DNA of 57,743 nucleotides from an uncultured Clostridia bacterium (GTDB lineage Bacteria; Bacillota; Clostridia; Oscillospirales; CAG-272). The stretch spans positions 1 to 57,743 of the forward strand of contig CANQYV010000004.1 of assembly GCA_947628165.1 (NCBI GenBank), given 5' to 3'. Each line of letters starts with the position of its first letter. Within the stretch, counting starts at the first letter, position 1. Below are positions 1-8,836 of this stretch, piece by piece. A program made the position numbers and the translations under genes. The notes under the pieces were generated by a model. It searched no databases. It was given only the letters and a program-made list of their open reading frames with translations, and was not told the DNA's origin.

Positions 1-91
1 GCGCTCTTTCTCATGAGTATTTGCTTAAAGTTTTTGCTTCTTCTTGATCCTTTTTCGTAAGCGATTGCCGTGGTCAAACTAATATCCGTTC

Positions 92-120
92 TTGCTTTTC
101 GACATATATCATGATATAAT
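92..120 (+). promoter_or_regulatory. sigmaA promoter (extended -10) with Spo0A-box match in the spacer
   Basis: TTGCTT(92-97)-17 nt-TATAAT(115-120), TG at -15/-14; TTCGACA (reverse complement of 0A box TGTCGAA) at 98-104. Confidence 0.6.
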
Positions 121-278
121 TTAATGAGACGCTTTTATTTGTCCGGAACACAAAAACAGGCTGCCGACAGAATGCGCGCATACGCGCACCGCATCGGGGC
201 AGCGTGTTCCGAGCTTTATTAAATGCGAGAATGTCCCGCAGGTGCGGAAACGTTTTCGGGAAAGAGGTGGTCGGCAAT

Positions 279-2345
279 ATGAAAAAAGAAAAGATATTAA
301 TAGCAGACGACTCCGAGATGAACCGCTCTATTCTTGATGATATGTTAAGCGATAATTACGATATAATCGAGGCGGAGGACGGAGTTCAGGCGGTCGCCGC
401 TCTCAGACAGTACGCCTCCGAGCTGTCGCTTTTGCTGCTCGATATCGTAATGCCCAATATGGACGGCTTCGGCGTGCTCGAAGCAATGAATCAGAACGGA
501 TGGATCGAGTCCGTCCCCGTCATAATCATATCGGCGGAGAACACATCGGCTCATGTGGAGCGCGCATACGAGCTCGGCGCGACCGATTTTATCGCGCGCC
601 CGTTCGACGCTCTCATAGTCCGCAGAAGAGTCGTGAACACGCTTCTCCTTTACGCAAAGCAGAAGCGACTCATAAATATGGTGGAGGATCAGGTCTACGA
701 AAAGGAACGCCAGAGCGACCTTATGATAGACATCCTCGCCCATGTGATGGAGTTCCGAAATGGTGAGAGCGGGCTGCACATCCTCCATGTGCGCACGTTT
801 ACCGACCTGCTTCTGAGCTGCATAATGGGAAAGACGACAAAATATAACCTCACAATGATGGATATTTCGATGATAAGCACGGCCTCCGCGCTGCACGATA
901 TCGGAAAAATGGCAATCGACGAGAAGGTCCTGAACAAGCCCGGCAGACTGACTCCCGAGGAATTCGAGATAATGAAGACTCATTCCGCGCTCGGCGCGGA
1001 AATGATAAGCGACCTTCCCATGTATACGCAGGAGCCGCTCGTCAAGGCGGCGTATGAGATCTGCCGCTGGCATCATGAGCGCTATGACGGCAGGGGCTAT
1101 CCCGACGGGCTTAAGGGCGACGAAATACCGATCTCGGCGCAGGTCGTCTCGCTCGCGGACGTTTACGACGCGCTGACGAGCGTGCGCGTCTATAAGCCGA
1201 AGCTCTCGCATGAAGAGGCCGTCAGAATGATAGTGAACGGGGAATGCGGCGCGTTCAATCCGCTGCTTCTCGAATGTCTGAGCGAAAACGCGGAGAGGTT
1301 CCGCGATATGTTCGAGAACGATTCGCCCGAGGATCTGAAGCGCCATAAGCTGAGGCGCATTTCGGAGGAGACGCTGCGCGGAGAGGGCGGCGGCGTCTCG
1401 CAGAGGACGCTTCGCCTGCTCGACCGCGAGAGGGTGCGCAACAACTTCTACGCCTCGATGTCGGAGGCGATCCAGTTCGAGTTCGTCACCTCGCCGCCGA
1501 TGCTCACGCTCTCGGCTTACGGAGCAAAAAAGCTCGGCGTCGGCGAGATAATAATGGACCCGCGCCACGACCCGAAGGCTTCCTCTCTCATGAGCGAGGA
1601 AACGTGGGGCCGCCTTTTCAGGAGCATAAAGCAGACGACGCCCGAGAAGCCCGAGGTAAGACTCGACTGCCAGCTCTGCTACGACGGCACGGAGCGCTGG
1701 TCAAAGCTCGTCATGCGCTCGATGTGGACGGACGACGTCGAGCCGAAGATAGAGGGCGTTCTCGGCACAGTCACCGACATAAACGATTCGCACACGAAGA
1801 TGCTCGAGCTCGAGAAAAAAGCCGCGCACGACTCGATGACGGGGCTTCTGAACCGCGCGAGCGCCAAGGAGCAGATAGAGCTCCGCATACATAATAACCC
1901 CGGAAGCAATTACGCAATGGTCTTCTTCGACATAGACTTCTTTAAGGAGGCAAACGACGTTTACGGGCACGCGTTCGGGGACGAGGTTTTGAAGCATGTG
2001 GCAAAGTGCCTCACCGAAAGCGTCCGCGGCACCGATATTTCGTGCCGCGCGGGCGGAGACGAATTTCTCGTTTTCCTCGAGTACAACACGGAGATAGAAA
2101 AGACCGTCGAGCGTATTTTCAACGTCATATGCGGGGATTTCAACGGCTTTTCGCTCTCGGTTTCGATGGGCGTCGCGCTGAGCCGTGACCTCGGCGCGTC
2201 CTACGACGACCTCTTCCACGCGGCAGACTCCGCCGCATACGCCTCGAAGCGCGCCGGAAGGAGGAGGTTCACTTTCTACGACGATTCAATGAAAAACATA
2301 CTTGAAACGCAGAACGAAAGCGGAGACGGAGGTAATATCAGATGA
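279..2345 (+). CDS. Response regulator REC-HD-GYP-(PAS-like)-GGDEF, c-di-GMP turnover enzyme
   Basis: ILIADD/LLDIVMP receiver; HDIGK and HHERYDGRGYP; RGTD I-site before RAGGDEF; ATG 279 follows GAGGTG RBS (ORF track start 204 is likely too early). Confidence 0.92.
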   Translation: MKKEKILIADDSEMNRSILDDMLSDNYDIIEAEDGVQAVAALRQYASELSLLLLDIVMPNMDGFGVLEAMNQNGWIESVPVIIISAENTSAHVERAYELGATDFIARPFDALIVRRRVVNTLLLYAKQKRLINMVEDQVYEKERQSDLMIDILAHVMEFRNGESGLHILHVRTFTDLLLSCIMGKTTKYNLTMMDISMISTASALHDIGKMAIDEKVLNKPGRLTPEEFEIMKTHSALGAEMISDLPMYTQEPLVKAAYEICRWHHERYDGRGYPDGLKGDEIPISAQVVSLADVYDALTSVRVYKPKLSHEEAVRMIVNGECGAFNPLLLECLSENAERFRDMFENDSPEDLKRHKLRRISEETLRGEGGGVSQRTLRLLDRERVRNNFYASMSEAIQFEFVTSPPMLTLSAYGAKKLGVGEIIMDPRHDPKASSLMSEETWGRLFRSIKQTTPEKPEVRLDCQLCYDGTERWSKLVMRSMWTDDVEPKIEGVLGTVTDINDSHTKMLELEKKAAHDSMTGLLNRASAKEQIELRIHNNPGSNYAMVFFDIDFFKEANDVYGHAFGDEVLKHVAKCLTESVRGTDISCRAGGDEFLVFLEYNTEIEKTVERIFNVICGDFNGFSLSVSMGVALSRDLGASYDDLFHAADSAAYASKRAGRRRFTFYDDSMKNILETQNESGDGGNIR

Positions 2346-2707
2346 CACTTAAGGAATGTTACGTTGCGATGGGCGCCGACTATGACGACGTGATAGGCAG
2401 ACTTAGGAGCGAAAGGCTCGTTCAGAAATTTGTTTTGAAATTTCTCGACGACGGCAGCTTCTCGCTCCTGTGCAGCTCTTTTGAGGGCGGAAATTATGAA
2501 GAAGCCTTCCGTGCTGCGCACACGATAAAGGGAATGTGCCAGAACCTTGGCTTTTCAAAGCTGCTCTCCTCGAGCTCGGCGCTCACGGAATCGCTGCGCG
2601 GCGGCAATGTCTCCGACGACTCGCAGTCGCTTCTCGAATGCGTGCGCGAGGATTACGAGGCTACGGTTTCAGCCATAAGGCAGTTCAAGGCGGGCCTCCC
2701 CGAGTGA
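2342..2707 (+). CDS. Stand-alone Hpt (histidine phosphotransfer) protein
   Basis: 121 aa helical protein with AAHTIKG Hpt motif; ATGA overlap with upstream gene. Confidence 0.9.
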   Translation: MTLKECYVAMGADYDDVIGRLRSERLVQKFVLKFLDDGSFSLLCSSFEGGNYEEAFRAAHTIKGMCQNLGFSKLLSSSSALTESLRGGNVSDDSQSLLECVREDYEATVSAIRQFKAGLPE

Positions 2708-2788
2708 CGGCAGAACAGTTCGGGTCCCGGTCCTTCACACCAAAAGACCGTTTTGGGTACCGCAATTTTTTAAGGATTGAAGAGAGAA

Positions 2789-5374
2789 ATGAATAAAATC
2801 AAAAAGCATGACGGACGAGTTATAGCGTCGATAGTTCTGATATCCGTTCTCGCCGTACTCTTTATAGCATCATATTTTTTAATAAGCAACTCGATCCGTC
2901 AGCGCTCGATAGGGAGACTTGAGGAGGGCGTCAACACCGTTATCGAAGAGGTGACCTCTAAGCTGCAGCGTGACAGCCTTCTTCTGAACGCGACGGCTGA
3001 CGTAATATCGACGGCGAACAACTTCGATGAGGAGGCAACGCTCGAGATAATGAAGACGGTGTCGCCTCTGCTCCAGACGATGAAGATACGCGTCCTAATG
3101 CCCGGAGACAGAGTGCTCACTGCCGACGGAAATATCACTGACGCGTCCGAGACTGACAGCCTTTCGTTTGAGGCGGAAGCGGCGCTCGGAGAACATGTTT
3201 CAAACCGCGCACCGAGCGTCGGTTCCGGCAAGCCCGTGCTGCGCCATTTCGTGCCGATAGTGCAGTCGGGAAAGACCGCGGCGCTCCTTTACGGGGTGAC
3301 CTCTCTTGACGACCTGCCGAGCATGCTCAACATCGAGAACATTTATAACGCAACGGCGGATGTCTACATCATAGACACCGTCACGGGCGACTTCATTCTC
3401 GACACCTTCCACGAAGAGCTCACGAATTTAGAGGATTTTTCAAACAATAACACCTTGCACAAGACGAAGGGAAACAAGAGCTGGGACGAATATACAGACG
3501 AGATGCTCGCGCTCAAATCGGGCTATGTCGTCTTTAAGACGTCTACTCTTGACGACTGGGAATACATGTACTATGCGCCCGCCGGCATAAACAAGTGGAC
3601 GATATGCGTGTCCGTTCCCGAGCATGAGGCGTTTGCGAGCGTACATGCCGCCCAGCGCATCTACTATGTCATCGGCGCGCTGATGCTCGTCGCCGTGCTC
3701 TCCTACTACCTCGCGATTCGCAGCCTGACGAAGAAGATGGTGTCGCACGCCGTAGAGAGGGCGGTGCTTGAAGAAAAGCTGAAGAAGGCGGAGGCGGCAG
3801 AGAGGGCGAAGACGACGTTCCTTTCAAACATGTCCCACGACATAAGGACGCCGATGAACGCCATCATAGGCTTTACGACGCTCGCGGAGACGAATATAGA
3901 CAACAAGCCGCGCGTTCAGGAGTATCTTTCAAAGATCCTTTCCTCGAGCAATCACCTTCTGAGCCTCATAAACGACATCCTCGACATGAGCCGCATCGAA
4001 TCGGGCAAGCTCAATATCGAGGAAAAGCCGTGCTCCATATCTGACATCTTCCGCGATATGCGCAACATAATCCAGACCCAGATGGACGCAAAGCAGCTCA
4101 ATTTCTTCATGGATACGCTCGACGTCGTCGACGAGGACATATACTGTGACAAGCTCCACGTCAATCAGGTGCTTCTGAATCTGCTTTCAAACGCGATAAA
4201 GTTTACGCCGGCGGGCGGCTCCGTTTCCCTCATGATAAAGCAGAAGGCGGACGCGCCGAAGGGGTACGGCGCGTATGAGATACGCGTCAAGGATACGGGA
4301 ATCGGCATGAGCAAGGAATTTGCCACCCATATCTTCGAGCCGTTTGAGCGCGAGCGCAACTCTACCGTAAGCGGCATACAGGGAACGGGCCTCGGCATGG
4401 CGATCACGAAAAACATCGTCGATACGATGGGAGGCACCATCGAGGTCGAGACGGAGCAGGGACACGGGACGGAGTTCATAATAAACATTCAGTTCAGGCT
4501 CCAGTCCGAGACGCGGCAGGTCGAGACGATACATGAGCTTGCCGGCGTCAGGGGTCTCGTCGTTGACGACAGCTTTACGACCTGCGACAGCGTGACGAAG
4601 ATGCTGACGCAGATAGGCATGCGCGCCGAGTGGACGATGCACGGCAAGGAGGCCGTCCTCCGCGCAAGGCAGGCGGTCGAGATGGGAGACGAATTCTATG
4701 CCTATATCATAGATTGGTTCCTGCCGGATCTCAGCGGGCTTGAGGTCACAAGACAGCTGCGCTCCATAGTGGGCAATCATGTGCCGATAGTGATAATCAC
4801 CGCATACGACTGGACGGCGTTCGAGGATGAGGCGAAGGCGGCGGGTGTCACCGCGTTCTGCAACAAGCCCATATTCCTGTCCGATCTGAGAGACACGCTT
4901 GTTTCGGCACTCGGCAAAGCGGATCTGCCGTCGTCGGCGGAAAAAACTGTGCCTGACCCCGTCGAGGCGCTTCACGGGCAGCGGCTGCTGCTTGTCGAGG
5001 ACAACGAGCTGAACCGCGAGATAGCGGAAGAACTGCTCACGGAGAACGGTTTCGTCGTCGAGACTGCGGAAAACGGAGCCGTTGCCGTTGATAAGGTCTC
5101 CTCGTCGGAGCCCGGCTACTACTCGCTCGTGCTCATGGACGTGCAGATGCCGGTGATGAACGGCTACGAGGCGGCAAGGGCGATAAGGGCACTGCCGTCG
5201 CCGGAGCTTTCGTCGATACCCATAATCGCGATGACGGCGAACGCGTTCGACGAGGACAGAAAGCAGGCGATAGACAGCGGCATGAACGACCACGTCGCAA
5301 AGCCGATAAATGTCGACAAACTCATACAGGTGCTCGTGACGCAGCTCACGGAGCACGGAAAAAAGGAACAATAA
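2789..5374 (+). CDS. Membrane hybrid sensor histidine kinase with two receiver domains
   Basis: Two TM segments around a Cache-like region; H-box FLSNMSHDIRTPMN, NLLSNAIKFT, DTGIGM, GTGLG; REC1 (VVDD..IIDW) and REC2 (VEDN..LMDVQMP). Confidence 0.93.
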   Translation: MNKIKKHDGRVIASIVLISVLAVLFIASYFLISNSIRQRSIGRLEEGVNTVIEEVTSKLQRDSLLLNATADVISTANNFDEEATLEIMKTVSPLLQTMKIRVLMPGDRVLTADGNITDASETDSLSFEAEAALGEHVSNRAPSVGSGKPVLRHFVPIVQSGKTAALLYGVTSLDDLPSMLNIENIYNATADVYIIDTVTGDFILDTFHEELTNLEDFSNNNTLHKTKGNKSWDEYTDEMLALKSGYVVFKTSTLDDWEYMYYAPAGINKWTICVSVPEHEAFASVHAAQRIYYVIGALMLVAVLSYYLAIRSLTKKMVSHAVERAVLEEKLKKAEAAERAKTTFLSNMSHDIRTPMNAIIGFTTLAETNIDNKPRVQEYLSKILSSSNHLLSLINDILDMSRIESGKLNIEEKPCSISDIFRDMRNIIQTQMDAKQLNFFMDTLDVVDEDIYCDKLHVNQVLLNLLSNAIKFTPAGGSVSLMIKQKADAPKGYGAYEIRVKDTGIGMSKEFATHIFEPFERERNSTVSGIQGTGLGMAITKNIVDTMGGTIEVETEQGHGTEFIINIQFRLQSETRQVETIHELAGVRGLVVDDSFTTCDSVTKMLTQIGMRAEWTMHGKEAVLRARQAVEMGDEFYAYIIDWFLPDLSGLEVTRQLRSIVGNHVPIVIITAYDWTAFEDEAKAAGVTAFCNKPIFLSDLRDTLVSALGKADLPSSAEKTVPDPVEALHGQRLLLVEDNELNREIAEELLTENGFVVETAENGAVAVDKVSSSEPGYYSLVLMDVQMPVMNGYEAARAIRALPSPELSSIPIIAMTANAFDEDRKQAIDSGMNDHVAKPINVDKLIQVLVTQLTEHGKKEQ

Positions 5375-5440
5375 GACAGCGCCGCACACTTTCCGACGGG
5401 GCACAAAAGGCACAGTCGGTTTTGTGCGGCACCGCACTAT

Positions 5441-7948
5441 ATGAAGGGGAAAACAGTGTCAGCCGAAGATACTATGCCCCGCGCCATACTCGTGCGCGGC
5501 GCGAGAGTTCATAATCTGAAAAATATAGACGTCGATATCCCGCTCGGCAAAATAGTCGGCATCGCGGGAGTGTCCGGCTCGGGAAAATCGTCACTCGCGC
5601 TCGGCGTTCTATACGCCGAGGGGTCGAGGCGGTATCTTGAGTCGCTGTCGACGTACACGAGAAGGAGAATGACGCAGGCGTCGCGTGCGCAGGTCGACGA
5701 GCTATGCTATATTCCGGCGTCGCTCGCGCTCCATCAGCGCCCCGGCGTCCCCGGCATAAGAAGCACGTTCGGAACGTCGACGGAGCTGCTCAACAGCCTG
5801 CGCCTGATGTTCTCGAGGCTTTCGTCTCACATGTGCCCGAACGGCCACTACCTTGAGCCGACGCTCGACGTCGCGGCGGAGAAGCCCATGTTCTGTCCCG
5901 TCTGCGGCGAGCGCGTGCGCGCGCCGGGCGCGGAGGAACTCGCGTTCAACAGTCAGGGCGCGTGTCCGACGTGCGGCGGCACGGGCACGGTGCACACCGT
6001 CGACAGGTCGACGCTCGTCCCGGATGAGTCGCTCTCCATTGACGACGGCGCCGTCGCGCCGTGGAATTCCCTCATGTGGTCTCTGATGACGGACGTGTGC
6101 CGCGCTATGGGCGTCCGCACGGACGTGCCGTTTTCGGAGCTGACGGAGAAGGAGCGAGACATCGTATACAACGGTCCCGCCGAAAAGAAGCATATCCTCT
6201 ACAAATCAAAGAAAACGAACGAGGCGGGGGAGCTCGATTTCACATATTACAACGCCGTTTATACGGTGGAAAACGCGCTCTCTAAGGTCAAGGACGACGC
6301 GGGGATGAAGCGCGTCGAGAAATTTCTGAAGCAGGACGTCTGCCCCGACTGCGGCGGCACGCGCCTGTCGGCACGCGCGCGTGCGCCGAGGCTTCGCGGC
6401 ATATCGCTCGCCGAGGCGTGCATGATGCCGCTCTCGGACCTTATCGTGTGGGTCAGGGGAGTGCCCGAGTCGCTGCCGGAATATATGAGGCCGATGGCGT
6501 CGAGCATATGCGCCTCTTTCCTTGATGCGGCGCGAAGGCTCGTCGACCTCGGGCTCTCGTATCTGTCGCTTGACAGGGCGTCCTCCACGCTCTCGACGGG
6601 CGAGCGCCAGCGCGCGCAGCTCGCAAGGGCGGTCAGAAACAGGACGACGGGCGTCCTTTACGTCCTTGACGAGCCGTCGATAGGGCTGCACCCGTTAAAC
6701 CTCGAGGGGCTCGTCGGCGTGATGAACGACCTTAAAGCCGACGGCAACACTGTCGTGCTCGTAGACCACGACACGAACGCGCTTGCCTGCGCCGACTATA
6801 TGATAGAGCTCGGGCGCGGCGCCGGCGCCGACGGCGGGAACATAATAGCGCAGGGGACCGTCTGTGAGCTGACGCGGAACAAGGACTCCGTCATAGGCCC
6901 GTTCCTCACCGAGCGCAGGTGTGCCGCGACCGGGAACTGTGACACGGAAGAGCTGTTTCGGCTCGGCAGCATAAGGATGAGCACGGGTCCGATACACACC
7001 GTAAAACCGCTTGAGGTCGCTTTTCCCAAAGGGCGGCTCTCGGTAGTGACGGGCGTATCCGGCTCGGGAAAGACGACGATGGTGCTCGAAAGCCTCGTCC
7101 CTGCACTCGAGGCGCTGACCGGAGGGGGAAAGATGCCGGAGCACGTCGCCTCCGTCTCGGCGGACGGGATACGCCGCGTAAAGCTCATAGATGCGTCCCC
7201 GATAGGGATAAACATCCGCTCGACCGTTGCGACATACGCAAACGTCCACGACGAGCTGCGCCGCGTATACGCGCGGTGTGATGAGGCAAAGTCGAGGGGA
7301 AAGCGCGCGGGCGATTTTTCATACAACACGGGGGACCTGCGCTGTCCCACCTGCGACGGGACGGGGACAGTCAGCCTCGACGTGCAGTTTCTGCCCGACG
7401 TCGACATACCGTGCCCCGACTGCGGCGGCTCGCGCTATTGCCGCGAGGCGTCCGAAATAAAGCGGAAAGGCAAAAACGGGGAAGAGTATTCTCTCCCCGG
7501 ACTTATGGAGATGAGCATCGACGAGGCGCTCGATGCCTGCGCCGATCTGAAGCTCGTGGAGGGAAGGCTCCGTGTGCTGCACGACGTCGGCCTCGGATAT
7601 CTCACGCTCGGAGAGGGGACGCCGAGCCTTTCGGGCGGCGAGGCGCAGAGGCTCAAGCTCGCGGGAGAAATGGGGCGCGGGCAGGACGACACCGTCTTCG
7701 TGTTCGACGAGCCGACGATAGGACTCCATCCGCTCGACGTCATGACGATGCTCGGCGTTTTCCGCCGCCTGACGGACAGCGGAGCTACCGTCATCGTGAT
7801 AGAGCACGACCTTGACGTCATCCGTGCCGCAGACTACATCGTCGATATGGGTCCGGGCGGCGGCGCCGACGGCGGCGAGATAGTCGCTGTCGGAGGCGTG
7901 CGGGAGATAAAGAGCTCGACGCGGAGCGCGACGGGAAAATATCTATGA
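5441..7948 (+). CDS. uvrA: Class II UvrA-like ABC ATPase (UvrA2/DrrC type)
   Basis: RGARVHNLKNI; two GVSGSGK Walker A motifs, LSTGE/LSGGE signatures, DEP Walker B, CxxC zinc fingers; 835 aa, shorter than class I UvrA. Confidence 0.85.
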   Translation: MKGKTVSAEDTMPRAILVRGARVHNLKNIDVDIPLGKIVGIAGVSGSGKSSLALGVLYAEGSRRYLESLSTYTRRRMTQASRAQVDELCYIPASLALHQRPGVPGIRSTFGTSTELLNSLRLMFSRLSSHMCPNGHYLEPTLDVAAEKPMFCPVCGERVRAPGAEELAFNSQGACPTCGGTGTVHTVDRSTLVPDESLSIDDGAVAPWNSLMWSLMTDVCRAMGVRTDVPFSELTEKERDIVYNGPAEKKHILYKSKKTNEAGELDFTYYNAVYTVENALSKVKDDAGMKRVEKFLKQDVCPDCGGTRLSARARAPRLRGISLAEACMMPLSDLIVWVRGVPESLPEYMRPMASSICASFLDAARRLVDLGLSYLSLDRASSTLSTGERQRAQLARAVRNRTTGVLYVLDEPSIGLHPLNLEGLVGVMNDLKADGNTVVLVDHDTNALACADYMIELGRGAGADGGNIIAQGTVCELTRNKDSVIGPFLTERRCAATGNCDTEELFRLGSIRMSTGPIHTVKPLEVAFPKGRLSVVTGVSGSGKTTMVLESLVPALEALTGGGKMPEHVASVSADGIRRVKLIDASPIGINIRSTVATYANVHDELRRVYARCDEAKSRGKRAGDFSYNTGDLRCPTCDGTGTVSLDVQFLPDVDIPCPDCGGSRYCREASEIKRKGKNGEEYSLPGLMEMSIDEALDACADLKLVEGRLRVLHDVGLGYLTLGEGTPSLSGGEAQRLKLAGEMGRGQDDTVFVFDEPTIGLHPLDVMTMLGVFRRLTDSGATVIVIEHDLDVIRAADYIVDMGPGGGADGGEIVAVGGVREIKSSTRSATGKYL

Positions 7949-7979
7949 ATACGATCAAATTACATTAAGGAGAAAGTTA

Positions 7980-8747
7980 TTGTTTAACGGAAAGAAAAAA
8001 CGGCCGCCGCGCAAAAAGACGATGGCGTTTGTGGACTATGAATATTGGTTTTATTCGTATAAAACGCGGCTCGGCGAGAGGCCCGACCCGATGGCGTGGC
8101 GAAACGAGATAGAGGAGAAATACTCGCCGGAGGAGATAATGGTTTTCGGGGACTTTACGGCCCCCGAGATAAGAGGGGAGCTCGCACGCCTTCGCGAGAT
8201 AACGAGCACCATTATCGAGACGGGGAACACATACCTCAGATACAAAAAGGACCTGACGGACTTTGTCATGCTCGACTACATATATCAGTGCGCGGACACG
8301 CGGCGCGATATCGGGCGTTACATAATCTTCACCGGCGACGGGCATTTTCAGTCGGTCGTGAGGTATCTCGTCCAGAAAAAGAAGCGCGAGGTCATCGTCT
8401 ACGGCGTAAAGGACAGCTTCAGCCGACAGCTGCGCGAGGCGGCGAGCTACGCCGTCGAGCTGCCGAACGACCCGCTCTTCGGCTATTACAGGCAGATAAT
8501 CAAAAACATCGCAGAAGTGAAGAGCGACCCTTCCGTGATACCGACGTTCAACGGCACGGTCGACACGGTCTCGCGCGCAAACGGGCTGTCGCGGAGCAGA
8601 ACGAGAGACGCGCTTATAAAGCTTATAAACAGCAGATATATTTTTCACCGTGAGTTTGAGGTGGAGAAGGGCAAAATTATAAAGATACTCGATGCCGACT
8701 GGGAAAAGCTCGCCCGCGACGGAATGCTCTCGCAGATGCTTGAATAG
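7980..8747 (+). CDS. NYN (LabA/DUF88, PIN-like) domain protein with C-terminal HTH-like region
   Basis: AFVDYEY, KDLTDFVMLD, TGDGHF, VYG..SFS..L...A pattern; TTG start after AAGGAG. Confidence 0.75.
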   Translation: MFNGKKKRPPRKKTMAFVDYEYWFYSYKTRLGERPDPMAWRNEIEEKYSPEEIMVFGDFTAPEIRGELARLREITSTIIETGNTYLRYKKDLTDFVMLDYIYQCADTRRDIGRYIIFTGDGHFQSVVRYLVQKKKREVIVYGVKDSFSRQLREAASYAVELPNDPLFGYYRQIIKNIAEVKSDPSVIPTFNGTVDTVSRANGLSRSRTRDALIKLINSRYIFHREFEVEKGKIIKILDADWEKLARDGMLSQMLE

Positions 8748-8771
8748 ATTTATTTCGGTCAATAATTTTGA

Positions 8772-8800
8772 TTGACAAAGAGGTGCGCCGGGCGTATAAT
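8772..8800 (+). promoter_or_regulatory. Consensus sigmaA promoter
   Basis: TTGACA(8772-77)-17 nt-TATAAT(8795-8800), perfect consensus. Confidence 0.8.
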
Positions 8801-8836
8801 TATTGTTGAAAAAAGTTGTTTTTTGGGGAAACGGGA

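Noticed and set aside
1-77. Possible start of a divergent minus-strand gene at the window edge
   Set aside because: Too little sequence to support a call
121-278. Canonical c-di-GMP-I/II riboswitch
   Set aside because: GEMM core (GGCAAA..GAAA..GACGCAAA) not found; kept only as an unnamed structured leader
345-1568. Long antisense and alternate-frame ORFs (also 4187-5437, 17515-18288, 24758-25789, 27950-29518, 43358-44662)
   Set aside because: Shadow ORFs of well-supported genes caused by high GC3 codon bias; no RBS or recognisable motifs
2711-2722. GAAC-A-GTTC as a LexA (Cheo) box
   Set aside because: Spacer is 1 nt rather than 4, and it is not upstream of uvrA
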